From Tubiluchus corallicola (taxonomy: Eukaryota; Animalia; Priapulida): a stretch of DNA of 64,000 nt. Positions 40,401 through 52,994 of the stretch are shown here, one piece after another. Numbering within the stretch: position 1 is the stretch's first letter; the number at the start of each line of letters is the position of its first letter. The notes under the pieces are model-generated. The model made no database searches and was not told where the DNA came from. It worked only from the letters and a program-made list of their open reading frames with translations. A program made the position numbers and the translations under genes. Location: contig JAQGDQ010000208.1 in the NCBI GenBank assembly GCA_030141605.1, forward strand, positions 62,001 through 126,000. The letters run 5' to 3'.

Positions 40401-43400
40401 GACATTAATCAAGACAAAGCATGTTTCAGGTGTTTCATCAGTTCCCGCAGGTACAGGTTAATAAAGAAAGTTCGTGGGCAGGTGAAGGGGCAAGCAGTAA
40501 CGAATGTTATGCTCTGTTTTGCTCCAACTGAAAGTCCACAGAGGCTAGAGACAAACGGTACAGACTTCAAATCATAGATGAAATCGAATCACAGACGATT
40601 ACAGTGCTGCGTATCGAAGTTGCATCGCACAACAAGTTAGTATTCGCTGGGAAATGATTGCAGAAGCCAGACCCAAAATATTTTGCCAACAAAAACGATG
40701 CTGCTAATTTTCTTCAATAATAATTAAGCTTAACTTTTTTCCACTCCATCTAATAAACTAGACAAGATATAAGTTGTAAATTTTCACCATTGGTGTTTTG
40801 GGAATTGGGCAATATAGTAGCATTTTACATGGGACATTCTAATCTATTACGCTAGTTCCTTTTTTATAGCTCATTCGTCACATTTTTATAAAAGTTAATT
40901 TGTCTGTATCACGTAATGAGGTATAGGTCATATTTTTCTGAATGGATGATATTCAGTTGAGCAAAATTAACGATTTCAAGATTTTTTTTCTGCTCCATTG
41001 TTCTACTCCTTCCTCCTACTAATTATTGTCTTAAATGATTATCATTCAACTTCCACTGTACGTCTAACGCTGGTAGTTATCGTGTGTAATTAATTGAATA
41101 ATTAATATAATTACGACGCCTCGTTGGTGATTTAAGCTGAAGAGATTTAGGGGTTCGCCTTTCTTTGTGTGCGTGTATAATGATAACCTGCTGCTAGAAT
41201 TATGCATAATGAGGACCCTTGACGGAGATTGACATCTTTTGCTCTTTGCGAGCAAGAATTATGATCTTCCTTACATTTAGTTACTGATATCGTGTAAAGC
41301 GTATAGGTTAGAAACAAAACAGAGAGTCTCTTATAGTTTAATGTTATACTTTAAGATCAACTCAGTATGCATAGTGGTACTTTCCTAACTCGTCTATGCT
41401 TTTTACGCCGAATTATTTATGAAAACCAAATGGAGACATTAATACAAACTGTGTTTCATTTTTTGTCGTTTTATACTCCATTGAAGTCGCCAGGCATTTT
41501 TATTGAAAAGATTATACTTGTCATGGTGAGAATCATTTTCAGCAATGCTGTATGGGCCTCGTTTCTTTGGTTCACTGAGCTGTCCCTTTTCCAATGAAGA
41601 TGAAGCGCCCTCTCGAGGCGTTTGTTGAACTCACTGTGACTATTTCTAAACGGTACGAAAGCACTACTAGTTTGCGGCGGCGACTACACGTGACATCGAT
41701 ATTGTGATGAAGGTTTGCTAGGTGGATAGCAGTCAATAGTGAATTGACGATTTTTTCAGCCTAAAAGTCGTAACACAATAGAAAGATTTTGTGTTCTAGC
41801 ATTTAACAATTTTATTATGAACGTGTAATTAAAAATATTATTTTGTATTGCATAATCAGCTAATGGTATTTGTAAGGCAGCTTATTAATCAGCTGTCTGA
41901 TTTTTTTTACACATCTAGGTGCATTGCATTTAATTGCCATGGCAGAACATCGCATAAATATTCAGTTCTCACACGCCTTGTATCTTTTCTTAACTTCGTC
42001 GTGGAAAATGTCATTTAAATTGAACGCTGCAGTTGACTTTGACACACGCGACACAGCAGCTGGCGCCCCTGGTGACCGTACTGCGGCAACACTGACTGAT
42101 AGAGACAGGTACAACAACCTTTGGCTCGTTCATTACATACCTACTGACCTATATCACTACCATCCGCACACACATGCCGTGCGTAAAACGTTTACACCTA
42201 GAATTACTCAGCACTTTGGTTTTTGGTAATCTGTAATCTAAATTGCTTGCAAAATAGCCAACTGATGCTCAAATGTCAGTTGACTACTGTCTTTAAGCAT
42301 TTATAGTTCACACACGGATTGCAAACGCAGAATATAACTTACAGGAATTCTGTGGAAAGTTTTCAGTTGACTGTGAAAAATATAGTTCTCTTTGCTGCGT
42401 GCACTGAATTTTTTATCTTTCTACGGAAAAGTGATATACTAAAGTACACAGTGAAGAAACTTAATCAGCATGCTAGCGTTTGATTCCAGTTTGTAATACA
42501 TGTGACTTCTTGTTTGACAATCGACCAAATGAATAGAGCCCCCACCCCTTGAGCGCATGCCTCAAAGTGGACAACAGTTTGCTTTAAAGGATCGAATCGT
42601 TTACTATACTAACATGCTTTGAAAGATGCAGGTGAGCTCTAACATTTTTATACAGTTTTGTACTATTTGAATGTATTGGCGCTAGTGCTTTTGGGCGATT
42701 TTATTTGTTTGTAGATTTGTTTCTGCCATTGCTGTGTTGAAAAGGTTCAAGGAATTGCTTTACTTAGTTTTTCTCAAGTGTCATTACGTGAAAAACAGGC
42801 GTGGCAGTGTTTCATTGCAAAAGGTAGTTGGTACATCGAAACAATAAATCTAGTAAAAAGTCATATTAAAGCTTAACTAACAAAGTAATCGAACTGGGCA
42901 AATAAAAATCAAGGTCAATTCAAGGTCATTTAAAACTTGAACAAATCATTCTTGTAGAAGTGCTCCCAAATCTGGATAGTAATGCCAGTTGACCCAAGGT
43001 TCAAAGTCACTTTAAGAATGCGGCGGGCAAACTTGAAGAACAGTTATCATAGAACAATGCTTCCAAATCTAGTGTGGCAGGTTGTAGAAAAGGCTTCTAT
43101 AGTAATGAACTGCTGATTAACTTTAAAGATCGAGAAATGAGACTTTAGAAAGGCGTGATTATAAAAGCGATTTTTTAATTAATTACTACAAATTAATTAT
43201 TTTAAAAACATTCCCTTGCTAATGTTCGATCTCAATTTAATTAATGCATATAATGCGGCTTATTTAAAACTAGAAACACGTTCTAGCCTAACATGTTCTG
43301 AATATAAATTATTATTGTTTGAATTGGAGCGTTGACAGCGCATACTGTACAGGTCCCATTAATTTTAGAAGACTAGCGTTTTGCCTGTAAGGAAAGACAC

Positions 43401-44039
43401 TTTTTACGGTTTAAAATCTCTGAAAACGGGTGCCTGTAAATTTGCGCAATTTTGCGCGGCGGCTGCAGTGATTGCCTTCCTTCATGTTTGCTTGACTTCC
43501 TTTCCACTGCGAAATTAGGCACTGATTTGAAGATGAAGCTTTTTTCCAATAAAAGTGGATGACGGTCGTGTTTGAGTTTGGCTTATGGAAAATTTTATAA
43601 CGAAATTGCGTCGGCGAGGGTCACACGACCATCGATGATTCGACGCAATGCGCTAATCCTCTCTGGTGCCGAGCGTAGAACTAGTCATTATGTATACAGC
43701 TGCTACATGCGAAACAGACTGTTTTACAAAACAAAATCGCCTGTCAAATATAGACCTGCTGTGGTTTGAAATGTATTAGGCTTGTTGTAACGTGCAAAAT
43801 ACACAGTTTTTGTAGTTCATAAAACGTAAGAGTTTTATGCATTCATCGATATTTTAGCATTACTTTAAAATAGTTTGTGGAAGATGTAAGTTTACGTTGG
43901 GCAAGATAACTCCACTGCAAACGCCGTAAGACTTGAAACACATGTATTCGAGCAATGAAAAATCTCTCTTCCCTGCCAGACATTCTTCAAATTATCAGGC
44001 CTCACTTTTATATTTTTCTTGATTTCTGCCATTGATCTT

Positions 44040-44050
44040 TCCCCTTCTCT

Positions 44051-44111
<61 letters not shown>

Positions 44112-44125
44112 CTCTTTCTCTCTCC
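44040..44125. repeat. (CT)n/(GA)n microsatellite
   Basis: Direct observation; source of the RERE ORFs. Confidence 0.97.
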
Positions 44126-45587
44126 TGCCTTGTGTTTGCTTACGTAACATAAGCACACGCCATGCTCCCACACTGATTGCGTGCAGCACCAGTATTGCGT
44201 GACGCTATACATTAAGCATCTTGTAATGCATGCTCATTTAGTTTAATTCAAACCTATTATTTTCATCTTACAGCGTGAAATTAACCTGCTGCATAATCGC
44301 CTGTGTAGAAAGCCGTGTGTGCTTAACTCCGTCTTTTCAATGGCTTCTCGCGAAAACGGCACAAATATTATTTTCTTGTTTATGTGAGTCTGCGTGCGCA
44401 CGTCTTCCTGTACTTACTATAATTGCGTTGAGCATTTAATGACAAGAGTTTTGCCTTTTTGATATCTAATCAAGCGTTCTGTACAGACAAGATGGCCGCC
44501 ATAAAAGCGAAATTGTCTCAATAATAAGAGGTTGCCGTTGAAGAGATGATTTAATATCCAGCTCTTAGTGGTCGCCCGTCAGTCGGCGAAGGGATATTAC
44601 GCGCATTTTATGGCTGTGCGCGTTCAGCATTATTGCGTGTAATTTGTTTTTGCGTTCTCAGAGTGCTTTGCCTCGCTTGACTTGCTGGTGTATTATCATA
44701 ACATTGAAATCGGCTTCAATAAGTGCGATTTGGCAAAATTTTGAATTCATACGGAAGTTCGCGCTGGCACATACAAAACTCTACTGTGGTACTGTGTTAT
44801 ATTTACTGTATCAGAGATAAATAAAAGTGATTGTGAGCACTTTGCCTTGCCGAATTTGTATAGTCATGTGGGTTCATATGCTGCCAGGCTTAACTGGCTC
44901 TGTTACTTCATTCTTTAAGGAACCTATTCTATAATTGGTTTCTTTGCTCTCAGACTTTATTGTAAAATTGTTTACTATTTGCTATATGGTTTCACGTGTT
45001 ATGAAATATTAATGTCATGTTTTCATTAATACTTGTTCGGTAGTCAGATAATACAGTTGGCAACGCGGCTTTATTACGTATTTTTGGCTTTTGTTTGCAG
45101 CGTCTACGATTGAGATCTCCAGTTCATCCGTTTCCGGTTCTTCGATTTTCTTACCTGGCTTCATTTCTTTTCGTGTTTTACTGTTTTCAATGTGGTTCAT
45201 TGCACAGTCCCTTGTTGACTGCATTTAGCTATCATTCTCTGTTGAATGCTATTGCTACATTTTTTATCTTATCAATATGACCATAGTTGATCCATTAAGC
45301 CACTGGCCTCTGTCATCAGCTACGTGTTTTACTGGGCAAAACTAAAAGCTTCACTAATTTTAGTAATTGTGTGATATTCATTACAGGTTAATATAGGCTA
45401 GTGTTATTGACAGCTTCATCGCCTATGAATCTTGAGTGGTTCTGTGATTTCATTAACTACACCACCTTACTTTGATTTCTGAGTGATTTTCAATGACCAT
45501 GTGACCATGTGTCTTCCTGTGTTTTATGAATATGATCTAGAGTGCTAATTCGCTTGGCCATTTGATTTGTTAGCTTTTCTTGTTTCA

Positions 45588-45940
45588 ATGGACATGTGGC
45601 TTCGCTGGACACGTGGCTCCACTGGGTGAATTTGTTAGACAGTAGCTTTGTTGGTTATGTAGCTTCATTGGCTATATGTGACATTGTTGACAGATATATG
45701 GCTTTGGAATTGGCTTTGTTGGTTATGCGGCTGGATTAATTAGTTGTATTCATTGGTCATATGCCTTCGTGGTTTGTGCGACTTCACTGGATATGGCTAC
45801 GGGACATGTGGCATCACTGAATATGTGACTTCGTAATCTACAGGCTTCGTTGATTATGTGGCTTCATTGATTATTTGTATTCACTGGTTATGCGGCTTCA
45901 TTGGCTATGTTGCTTCGCTGGTTAGGTAACTTAATTGCCT
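45588..45940 (+). repeat. Degenerate 17-bp minisatellite (consensus TGGTTATGTGGCTTCAT), ~20 copies
   Basis: Example units: tggacatgtggcttcgc, tggttatgtagcttcat, tgattatgtggcttcat, tggttatgcggcttcat, tggctatgttgcttcgc. Confidence 0.8.
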
Positions 45941-48900
45941 GGTGGTCTGATTTTGTTGGCCACTTTGTATCATTAACATGTGGGTCTATTGATAGCATTT
46001 TTCATTGATTACGGCAGACCATTCGTTCAGCTCTGAATTAAACAAATGACCATTTCAGAGGTATTTCTTGCAGGACAGATGACCTGTGGCTTCATTGGAA
46101 AAGAGATGTGAAAAAGCGTGCTGTGTCTTTTTTGTCGATAATAGTCAAATCCAAAAGGAAATGGATATGTTTTATTAAACTGCATTACATTGTAATTGCT
46201 TCAAAAATTGACTGCAAAAAGTAAATCTATCGGTGTATGGGTCATGAGTGAATTTTAAAGCTTGTAAATCTTTGCATGCTGTTGACGTTTCTTACAGGTG
46301 TGCAAATCAGAGGTCGTGGTGGACAACTAAGTGTCGTCTACTTCTGCTGGAGGAATTACTATCCTTAATCGCCTCAAGTTATGGCTTTCTGCTCGCCTGT
46401 GTCCGCAGACGCTGTGGTGGAATTTTAGAAATTCCTCTATTGGACTGACTGATTTACTTCCCATTTATTATTGTTATTATGACTCTTTAAGGTATACGTA
46501 TATAAATAATTCTTCTGTTTGCATGGAGGATGAAAATGGGTATCGCCCAGCGAAAGTGAGTATTTCCGCCCAGCATTGACCACAGCGTTTACTCACAAGT
46601 CCGGCCATTAATGGTCAACATGACCAACACGCAATTACCGGAAGCCAGGCCAGCATCAATCATAATCTAACTGAAGCAGAAAATTAACTCACTGTTTACG
46701 TAAATCTGGGAAATTTTGACCTAAATGTCAAACGGGTTCGATTTGACAAATGTGGTTATTTATAGAAATGATATCATCGGGTGTTTTATTGGACGCTGGC
46801 TAGAACAATTACACGGATCAGCGGTTCTCTTGTTTTTCTGCGCGGGATTCGATTGCATCACTGAATCTGACGTGAAAACTGCGCGCGTTAGGCGTTTGCA
46901 AAATTTGTTAGAACTTCACCAAAATCAGCAGTAGGCTGAACCTATTTTTGTTGCGTGGCGAAGAAGTAGCTCTTTGGTCTATGTGATGTCATTCTATTAA
47001 AATTTGTAGCATTGAAAGTACCGCAATACGCGCTGCTAAAAGTACTACTGTCGAAGATTCATTTGAACTGGTTTGTCGTGGAGATCGTTTATGCAAATCG
47101 GTGCAATCCTTTCATCTCATTACATTAGATTCTGTGAGTATAATAGGCTGCCGTGTCACAAATTCTTTTGTTTTCCAAGACAGACAAGACTATGAAACAC
47201 TCACGTGGCGTGCATCGTCGAATGTGCATAATATGGATGATGAACTTGCGTTAAAGGAAGACAAGATGATTTTTTACATACTACCCCATTTTCAAGTCCG
47301 ATAAAAAGTATACATTTTAACACAATTAATACTGCAAAAGCGTTTCATGTAATTAAATAATAGATTAAAAACTTTGTTAACGGCGGGCGAGCCCAACTAT
47401 TGATGACATCATAAACTAATATAATTTTCAACAGCAAAAATATTCCATGAGCGTGTTGCACGTGTTTGCAAAAGCGAAAATTGAAGTACAGTGCTACTAT
47501 AAGATATTCAGTGTGTTGTACTAAAACTAGGCAAGTTTTATGATAAAAACTCAAATTTCAAATTTACCGCTGTACTCACGCATGTGTGTAGTTCGTCAGA
47601 AACTAACACATCTGAACTGAGAGGTAAAGCAGCTGTTTTTGTGCAGTGCGTTTCCGAAACGCAGGCGCTAGTGCCCGTCTAACTAGTGAGTGGCGAAATG
47701 CATGTAAAAGCGAAGAACTAGTGGCGCAAACGTGAAATTGTGTTTGTGAGGTAATAATTAATTCCCGTAATTCATTTAAAAAAACAGTATGTTCCCTTTC
47801 AATATTTTAAAGAGTGGATTTTTTGACCTACATTTAAGATTGGGTCCGGTTTGCTTTAAGTTCAATGGTAAAGTTAATACTACTCTAGCACTATTCTTGT
47901 ACTGTGTTTGTGGATATGTACATTTTAATGGTACAGAATAGCTGAATAAGTGATATGTAAAGTTGAGTGTTTTTACGTTCGGATTACTTTGCTCTATATT
48001 AGAAACATTGTGTTTACCTTGAGTATCTTGGTATAAAACATAAATTCAGCAAAATGAGTAAGATGAGTAGCCATTAAGTTAGATTTGAGTAACTTTAGGT
48101 ACTGTTCAAGTAACATCACTAAGCCTTCTTAAGAACTAACAGAGAAACCTGATGCTAAAATTGAGAATTATTTTGAGGTTGAGATTTTTATGGGCAATGG
48201 AAGTAATCCCTTTCTTGAATCACTGAATAAATTACTAAATATAGAGTGGCCACTGGCCAAGTCAGTTAGCACGAGACAACATAGTTCAATATAGTACAGT
48301 GTATTTTATGTACCACAGGCAGTTAAAAAACCTATAAAATGAAGTTGGTTCTTGTTAGGTTATAGATTAATTACGTAGGAACCCGAAATATGGAAAAAAT
48401 ACAGCACATGTAACTCAGACTTTATATTAGCTAAAGGGTGATCAATTATCAAGCAGGACAGTGTTTACGCCAGTAAGAATCCAGTTATTGGACAATGGTT
48501 TGTCCTGCTTGCAACTATCGGTATGGCTTCACTTAGCTGCACATACTGGCGAGGCGTTGTATGGCTTCCTTGGTCCTTCTTAGCGCGGGATGGTTAATGA
48601 CAGACGCGAGTCTCTCGTACATATTTGGCACGTTGGGTATTGATTTTATTCATTACTGTACATGGTCGCTCCATCCAATATGGTGCACACATAAATGTAA
48701 AAGTCATTCATATTTTATCTTCAGGAAAGCGTTGTGATTCGACACTGACGTCCCCACGAGGCATAAGACTGATGTCATTGGTCTGCTAAAGTCAGTCAAA
48801 GACGTTTTGATGACCGAAGATAAACTCGTTAAGTATAAATGCAAAACGTAAAAAAGTTGTTTACTGTACTGCCACCTAACAAAATTAGTATTTGAGATTA

Positions 48901-50222
48901 ATATAACAACTAAACATGTTCATTATGATTACTTGCAATAACCATTGTACTCTTTAAGTCTTTTGTTAAATATCGAGTTTTAATTTTGTTCTTTAATCGC
49001 AGGTTGTACCTCAGCCGGAGACGAATTTAGATCCGTAATCCTTTTTGCAGTTACGCATCACATTAGTGTCTTACGCATTACGCATCACATTACGCATCAC
49101 ATCACGAAAAAATCTAAGAGTTTATTCAAGGCCAAGTCGGCATATACAGCAAACCCGATTAAATCTGATTCAGGCTTGACTAACCTCACTCTGTCATTTT
49201 GAATAAAACTACATTTCCTCGTTTTTACTCAAATTTTGAACAAGCACAAACACAAATGCAAGGGCTTAAAAGCAACAAAAAAGTCAGAATTCGTTCTCGG
49301 AGTCGCTAAAGCAATTTAAATTCTTTTTATAACAAGCATGTCCGGTAAGTTTAGAGTGTTACACCGTCTACAGGATTGTTTTGAAACCTCAGCAAATTTT
49401 TAAAGGAGACTGTCATAACCGAGTATTTTAAAAAACGTATTTTGCTGCTTTGGACAATTTCATGCGAAAAAACAGAAATCTAAAGCGTTAACCTTTATGG
49501 GGTTTGATGCTCAAATATCTTAGTTATCTGACTTCTTAGTCATGTTACCTTGTTCATATTGCCGTTTTTACGGGGATTTATTCATAGTTCATACGTTTTT
49601 TTTTTTTGGTTAGTTTCGTTCCTATAATCGATAATTTTTTTTATTATCATGCACTGTTTGTTTAAACTTCGATTGACAAGTTTAGTGGGCTGTATTTGAT
49701 GTAGTTCGTAATTTAATTTTCTCATAGTTCCATTGTATTTGGCATTGTACAAGTAACATTCGCAAGGTTTTTACGTGTAACAAAAGTGTGTGGTTGTTTA
49801 CTTTATCGTTCGTGTTTTTGTTTGTCGTTTTTTCTAGATGTTTAACTGCTTATCGCTAATTTGTTTTTCATAATTTTGTTCAAAATATCAACTTCTGAGC
49901 CGTAATGCAGTTAGTGCAGTGCTATAAAGCGTTTGCGTGATGTTGCTGCGCTCTTATATAATTATCGCCATGCATAATTAAAGGGGCTATTTTGTCAGAG
50001 TGCTTTCGAGTAATTTTCATGGGACTTCGCAGCATTTTCACGTGCAACTGAAACAAAGCCTGGCTGTGAATTATAAAACGAAGCCGCTTTAGGCACAGCA
50101 GACTTATAAAATTATTACTAAATTCTCAATTTTGTACTTATTTTGCAGGAAATAGCAGAAAAGACGCAAGCATTGTCGAACTATCAAGTTTTGGTAGTCA
50201 TCGTAAAGAATCAGTGGAAACG

Positions 50223-50300
50223 TTCTGTGCTTCCTGTTCACTTCTCGGTCCGGTTTACATTTGAAATTACTGGACGGAGAACTGATATGGGCTTGCAGAA
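50223..50300 (+). ncRNA. mir-184: microRNA precursor mir-184 (mature 3p arm 50271-50292)
   Basis: TGGACGGAGAACTGATATGGGC matches canonical miR-184 UGGACGGAGAACUGAUAAGGGC at 21/22 with an intact seed. The 5' arm CCTGTTCACTTCTCGGTCCGGT (50233-50254) pairs with it, there is a basal stem TTCTGTG/TGCAGAA, and a CNNC motif (CATC, 50310-50313) lies 17 nt after the 3' end. Confidence 0.93.
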
Positions 50301-51039
50301 TTATCGGTACATCAATTTAAATTGAGTAAGCAGCCGAAGCACAATCCAGTGAGGGTCATGCAGAAGGGACGACACAGATAGACCACCGAACGTGTAATAA
50401 ATCTACTGTAGTCAGGTTTTTAATTTCTTAAGTTTTCTTTATGATGAAATGAGTTTGTTATGGCTAAATCTTGTCTGATAAACAGAGCCAGTTGTTAAGA
50501 AAAGAGTTGTGCAAAAAATGAAAGAAGCATAACCGCTTGACATAATGATTGTTCCGACTATATTTAATATTTTTAGATATGGAGTGAAGCCGAATTCACT
50601 CTATCTTGGTCAAAATCCAAAATGGTGGCTAACATGGTCGCCAAAAACAAAAATAGCAATGAAAGTTGGCGAAAGTGTTTTTGTAGCTTTGCGATAAATT
50701 CAGATCTATAAGTGAACTAAAAAAATTAGCTCAGCCAATTTTAAGATGGCATCCAAGATACCCGCCAAAAATGTCAATAAGTTTTGGTATAGTGTTCTTA
50801 GAGTGCACATCAAATGCATCGCCTTTACGTACTTTTGAGCTGAGAAATTCGTTTGTAAAATTTTCAAGTGACTACTTTATAAAGTTCAATTTTTTAGTTT
50901 GTCAAAAGTTTGTCCTAGTTTATTAATCGCGTTTTTATTAATTACAAATCTTATTTGTTGAAAACTTCACGTAGTTGTTTACTTATAGTGATGGTAATGA
51001 AACAAATTTGCATTGTTTGATGCTTTTTTTTAAACACAT

Positions 51040-52100
51040 ATATTTAAATGTTTAAATCCTGCCAGACTAGAGATGGAAATCAAGAACAATTTGCGTGTAT
51101 AAGGACCATGCCGTATCTCAGGAAGGTGCAACTCGTATTTGCAAAAACTAGCTAAGAACTGGAAAGATTTTCTCAGAATTGAGGAAAATAAGAGTGAGCT
51201 GATTGCTACCTGTCCAACCATTTATTTAGCTCTTACAGTGAAAACAAAAGTCTGTATGTCACAGTTAGTGCTAGGCTTTTATTTTTTGAAATAGAGGAGT
51301 CACGTGCAGATGGCGTTTCCCCACACACGCGGGGGAAGACTATACCCGAATTTTTCTACATGTGCATGCGGCAGAAGTTGATTCCAGGATGTTAGAATAA
51401 GTATTATAGATACTAATGTTATAGGCCTGGTTGCTGCCTACTTCACATTAGAATTGCATTGGGTGGAATACGTGGAAGTACAGGAAATATTTCGCAATTC
51501 AAAACCTGCAAAGGCTGTTTGATTGTCTGCCTGTCACACTTTTACAAGGCGTGATCAAATCCGTAATGTCGAAATGTTGCCCTTCTGTGGCCTGAGAGAG
51601 CAGTAACCATATGTGGTAGCTAATAATATCAAAGAAATACTTCTTAATCTGTCCTCAGAAGTAGTATATTAAGAGAACAATATGCCTCTGTTTTTCTAGA
51701 TTTGAAATTGATTTGTCCGACACATTAGCTGAACCCAAAACTACACTTGATTGTAGGCATAACAGCTATGATTGTTCTTAGCAGAATTGCGTATAATTCT
51801 GTTCTGAAAAGTTCTGTATAACATCATCTAGATAACCTATCCAGTACTTCAGGTGGTAAATTCATTATGAAGACATTTTATTCTCTGAATTTTTTTCCAA
51901 AAAGAAAGAGAAAGTTCAATACAATATTTTATATCTATTTGGTAACCATATTATTTAATGTTTTGGTATTCATAATAGCCGCCACATTGAGATTTTAGTA
52001 TAATAGGCTACTAATACCTGGAGACATTTGGACTACCAAAAAGTGAATTTCTCCCCAACAAGAAAACACACAAATAACTTTACGGATATTGTAAAAATCC
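51040..52100 (+). mobile_element. Decayed Academ-like DNA transposon remnant (XPG/PIN-like nuclease region)
   Basis: Ordered, frameshifted motifs: KLAKNWKDFLRIEENKSELI (~51145-51205), GEDYTRIFLHVHAA (cf. HEEADTRxxLH, ~51332), IIDTNVIGLV (cf. DTDV), CHTFTRRD (cf. FHAFTGCD, ~51532). The Academ assignment rests on recalled family motifs. Confidence 0.55.
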
Positions 52101-52994
52101 AATCAATCTAGTTCATTTTTAGTTCATCATGCGAACAAATTGTAACAGACTTGTTTTCACTTACACCTAGTTTAGAAAAACATACTGCTTAACATACTAA
52201 AAATCTACCGCACACAAGTCGGTAGAAAACTGCAAACAACTGTCAGCCATTACCAAAAAATGGGAATTTTACTACAACTCAGTAGAAACATGTCTAAAGA
52301 AGGCTAAACTGCGGGTGCAGATGCGTTTTTAAGGTCAAAGAAAACAATGATGATATTTCCTGCATGATCAAAACATCCCTGTGCCCGAAAAATTAAAAAT
52401 ATATCCACCATTGGCAAAAAACGACTTTCGTGCTGTAACGAAGTAGTAAGGTGCTTAAATGTGACTAAGGTTCTTTCTGTACCCATGTTTTTTAAAGTCA
52501 GAGAATGAAATGAGAATATGAAATTTGTGACACGATAACCAAAAAAATATCATAAAAACCAATTTCGTCTATTTGCTGGTTAACAAATTTCAATTAGAAA
52601 GTCCTTAAAATAAGCAAAATAAGCACTAAAGTGTAACAGTAATGTTTTAAGAGGAAAATGAAAGCTATTAGCGCACCCTTTCAATGCCATGTTATCTAGT
52701 TTTTTCTATAAGATGTACAGGATTGTCAATAAACCTGTATCAATTGTTAGATAGCATTAATAGCTGCATTATCAATACGTTTTAATGCAGAAGCTTTCAA
52801 ACATACTTCATCTATTACATTCAATTGTTCTTTAACGGTTACAGAAGTCAGCATTACTAATTGTAGAAGACAACAAAATATACACGCATTTGATATGAAA
52901 GCAGTTCTTATTGTCCAAAGTCGTTGTAACCTAGATCTGATACTTCCCCTTCATATTAATTTCAATGTTGGCATTCAGTGTTAAAAAGCTGAGC

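Noticed and set aside
41917-42226. Acceptor/donor-bounded segment overlapping a 101-aa ORF (a similar case at 46299-46491)
   Set aside because: No recognisable protein similarity, and splice-like motifs alone are too common. These could be lncRNA exons but that is unsupported.
43366-43388. TAGAAGACTAGCGTTTTG, resembling miR-7
   Set aside because: Seed mismatch at position 2 and no star arm.
45588-45940. Short-unit array considered as CRISPR-like
   Set aside because: Eukaryotic context, no unique spacers, degenerate abutting units, and no cas genes.
47647-47672. Small hairpin TGCGTTTC-CG-AAACGCA followed by CTAG-T, like a Helitron 3' end
   Set aside because: Spacing is short and no 5' end or second copy is visible.
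50143-50325. 60-aa ORF over the hairpin
   Set aside because: Non-ATG start and no protein features; the sequence is explained by mir-184.
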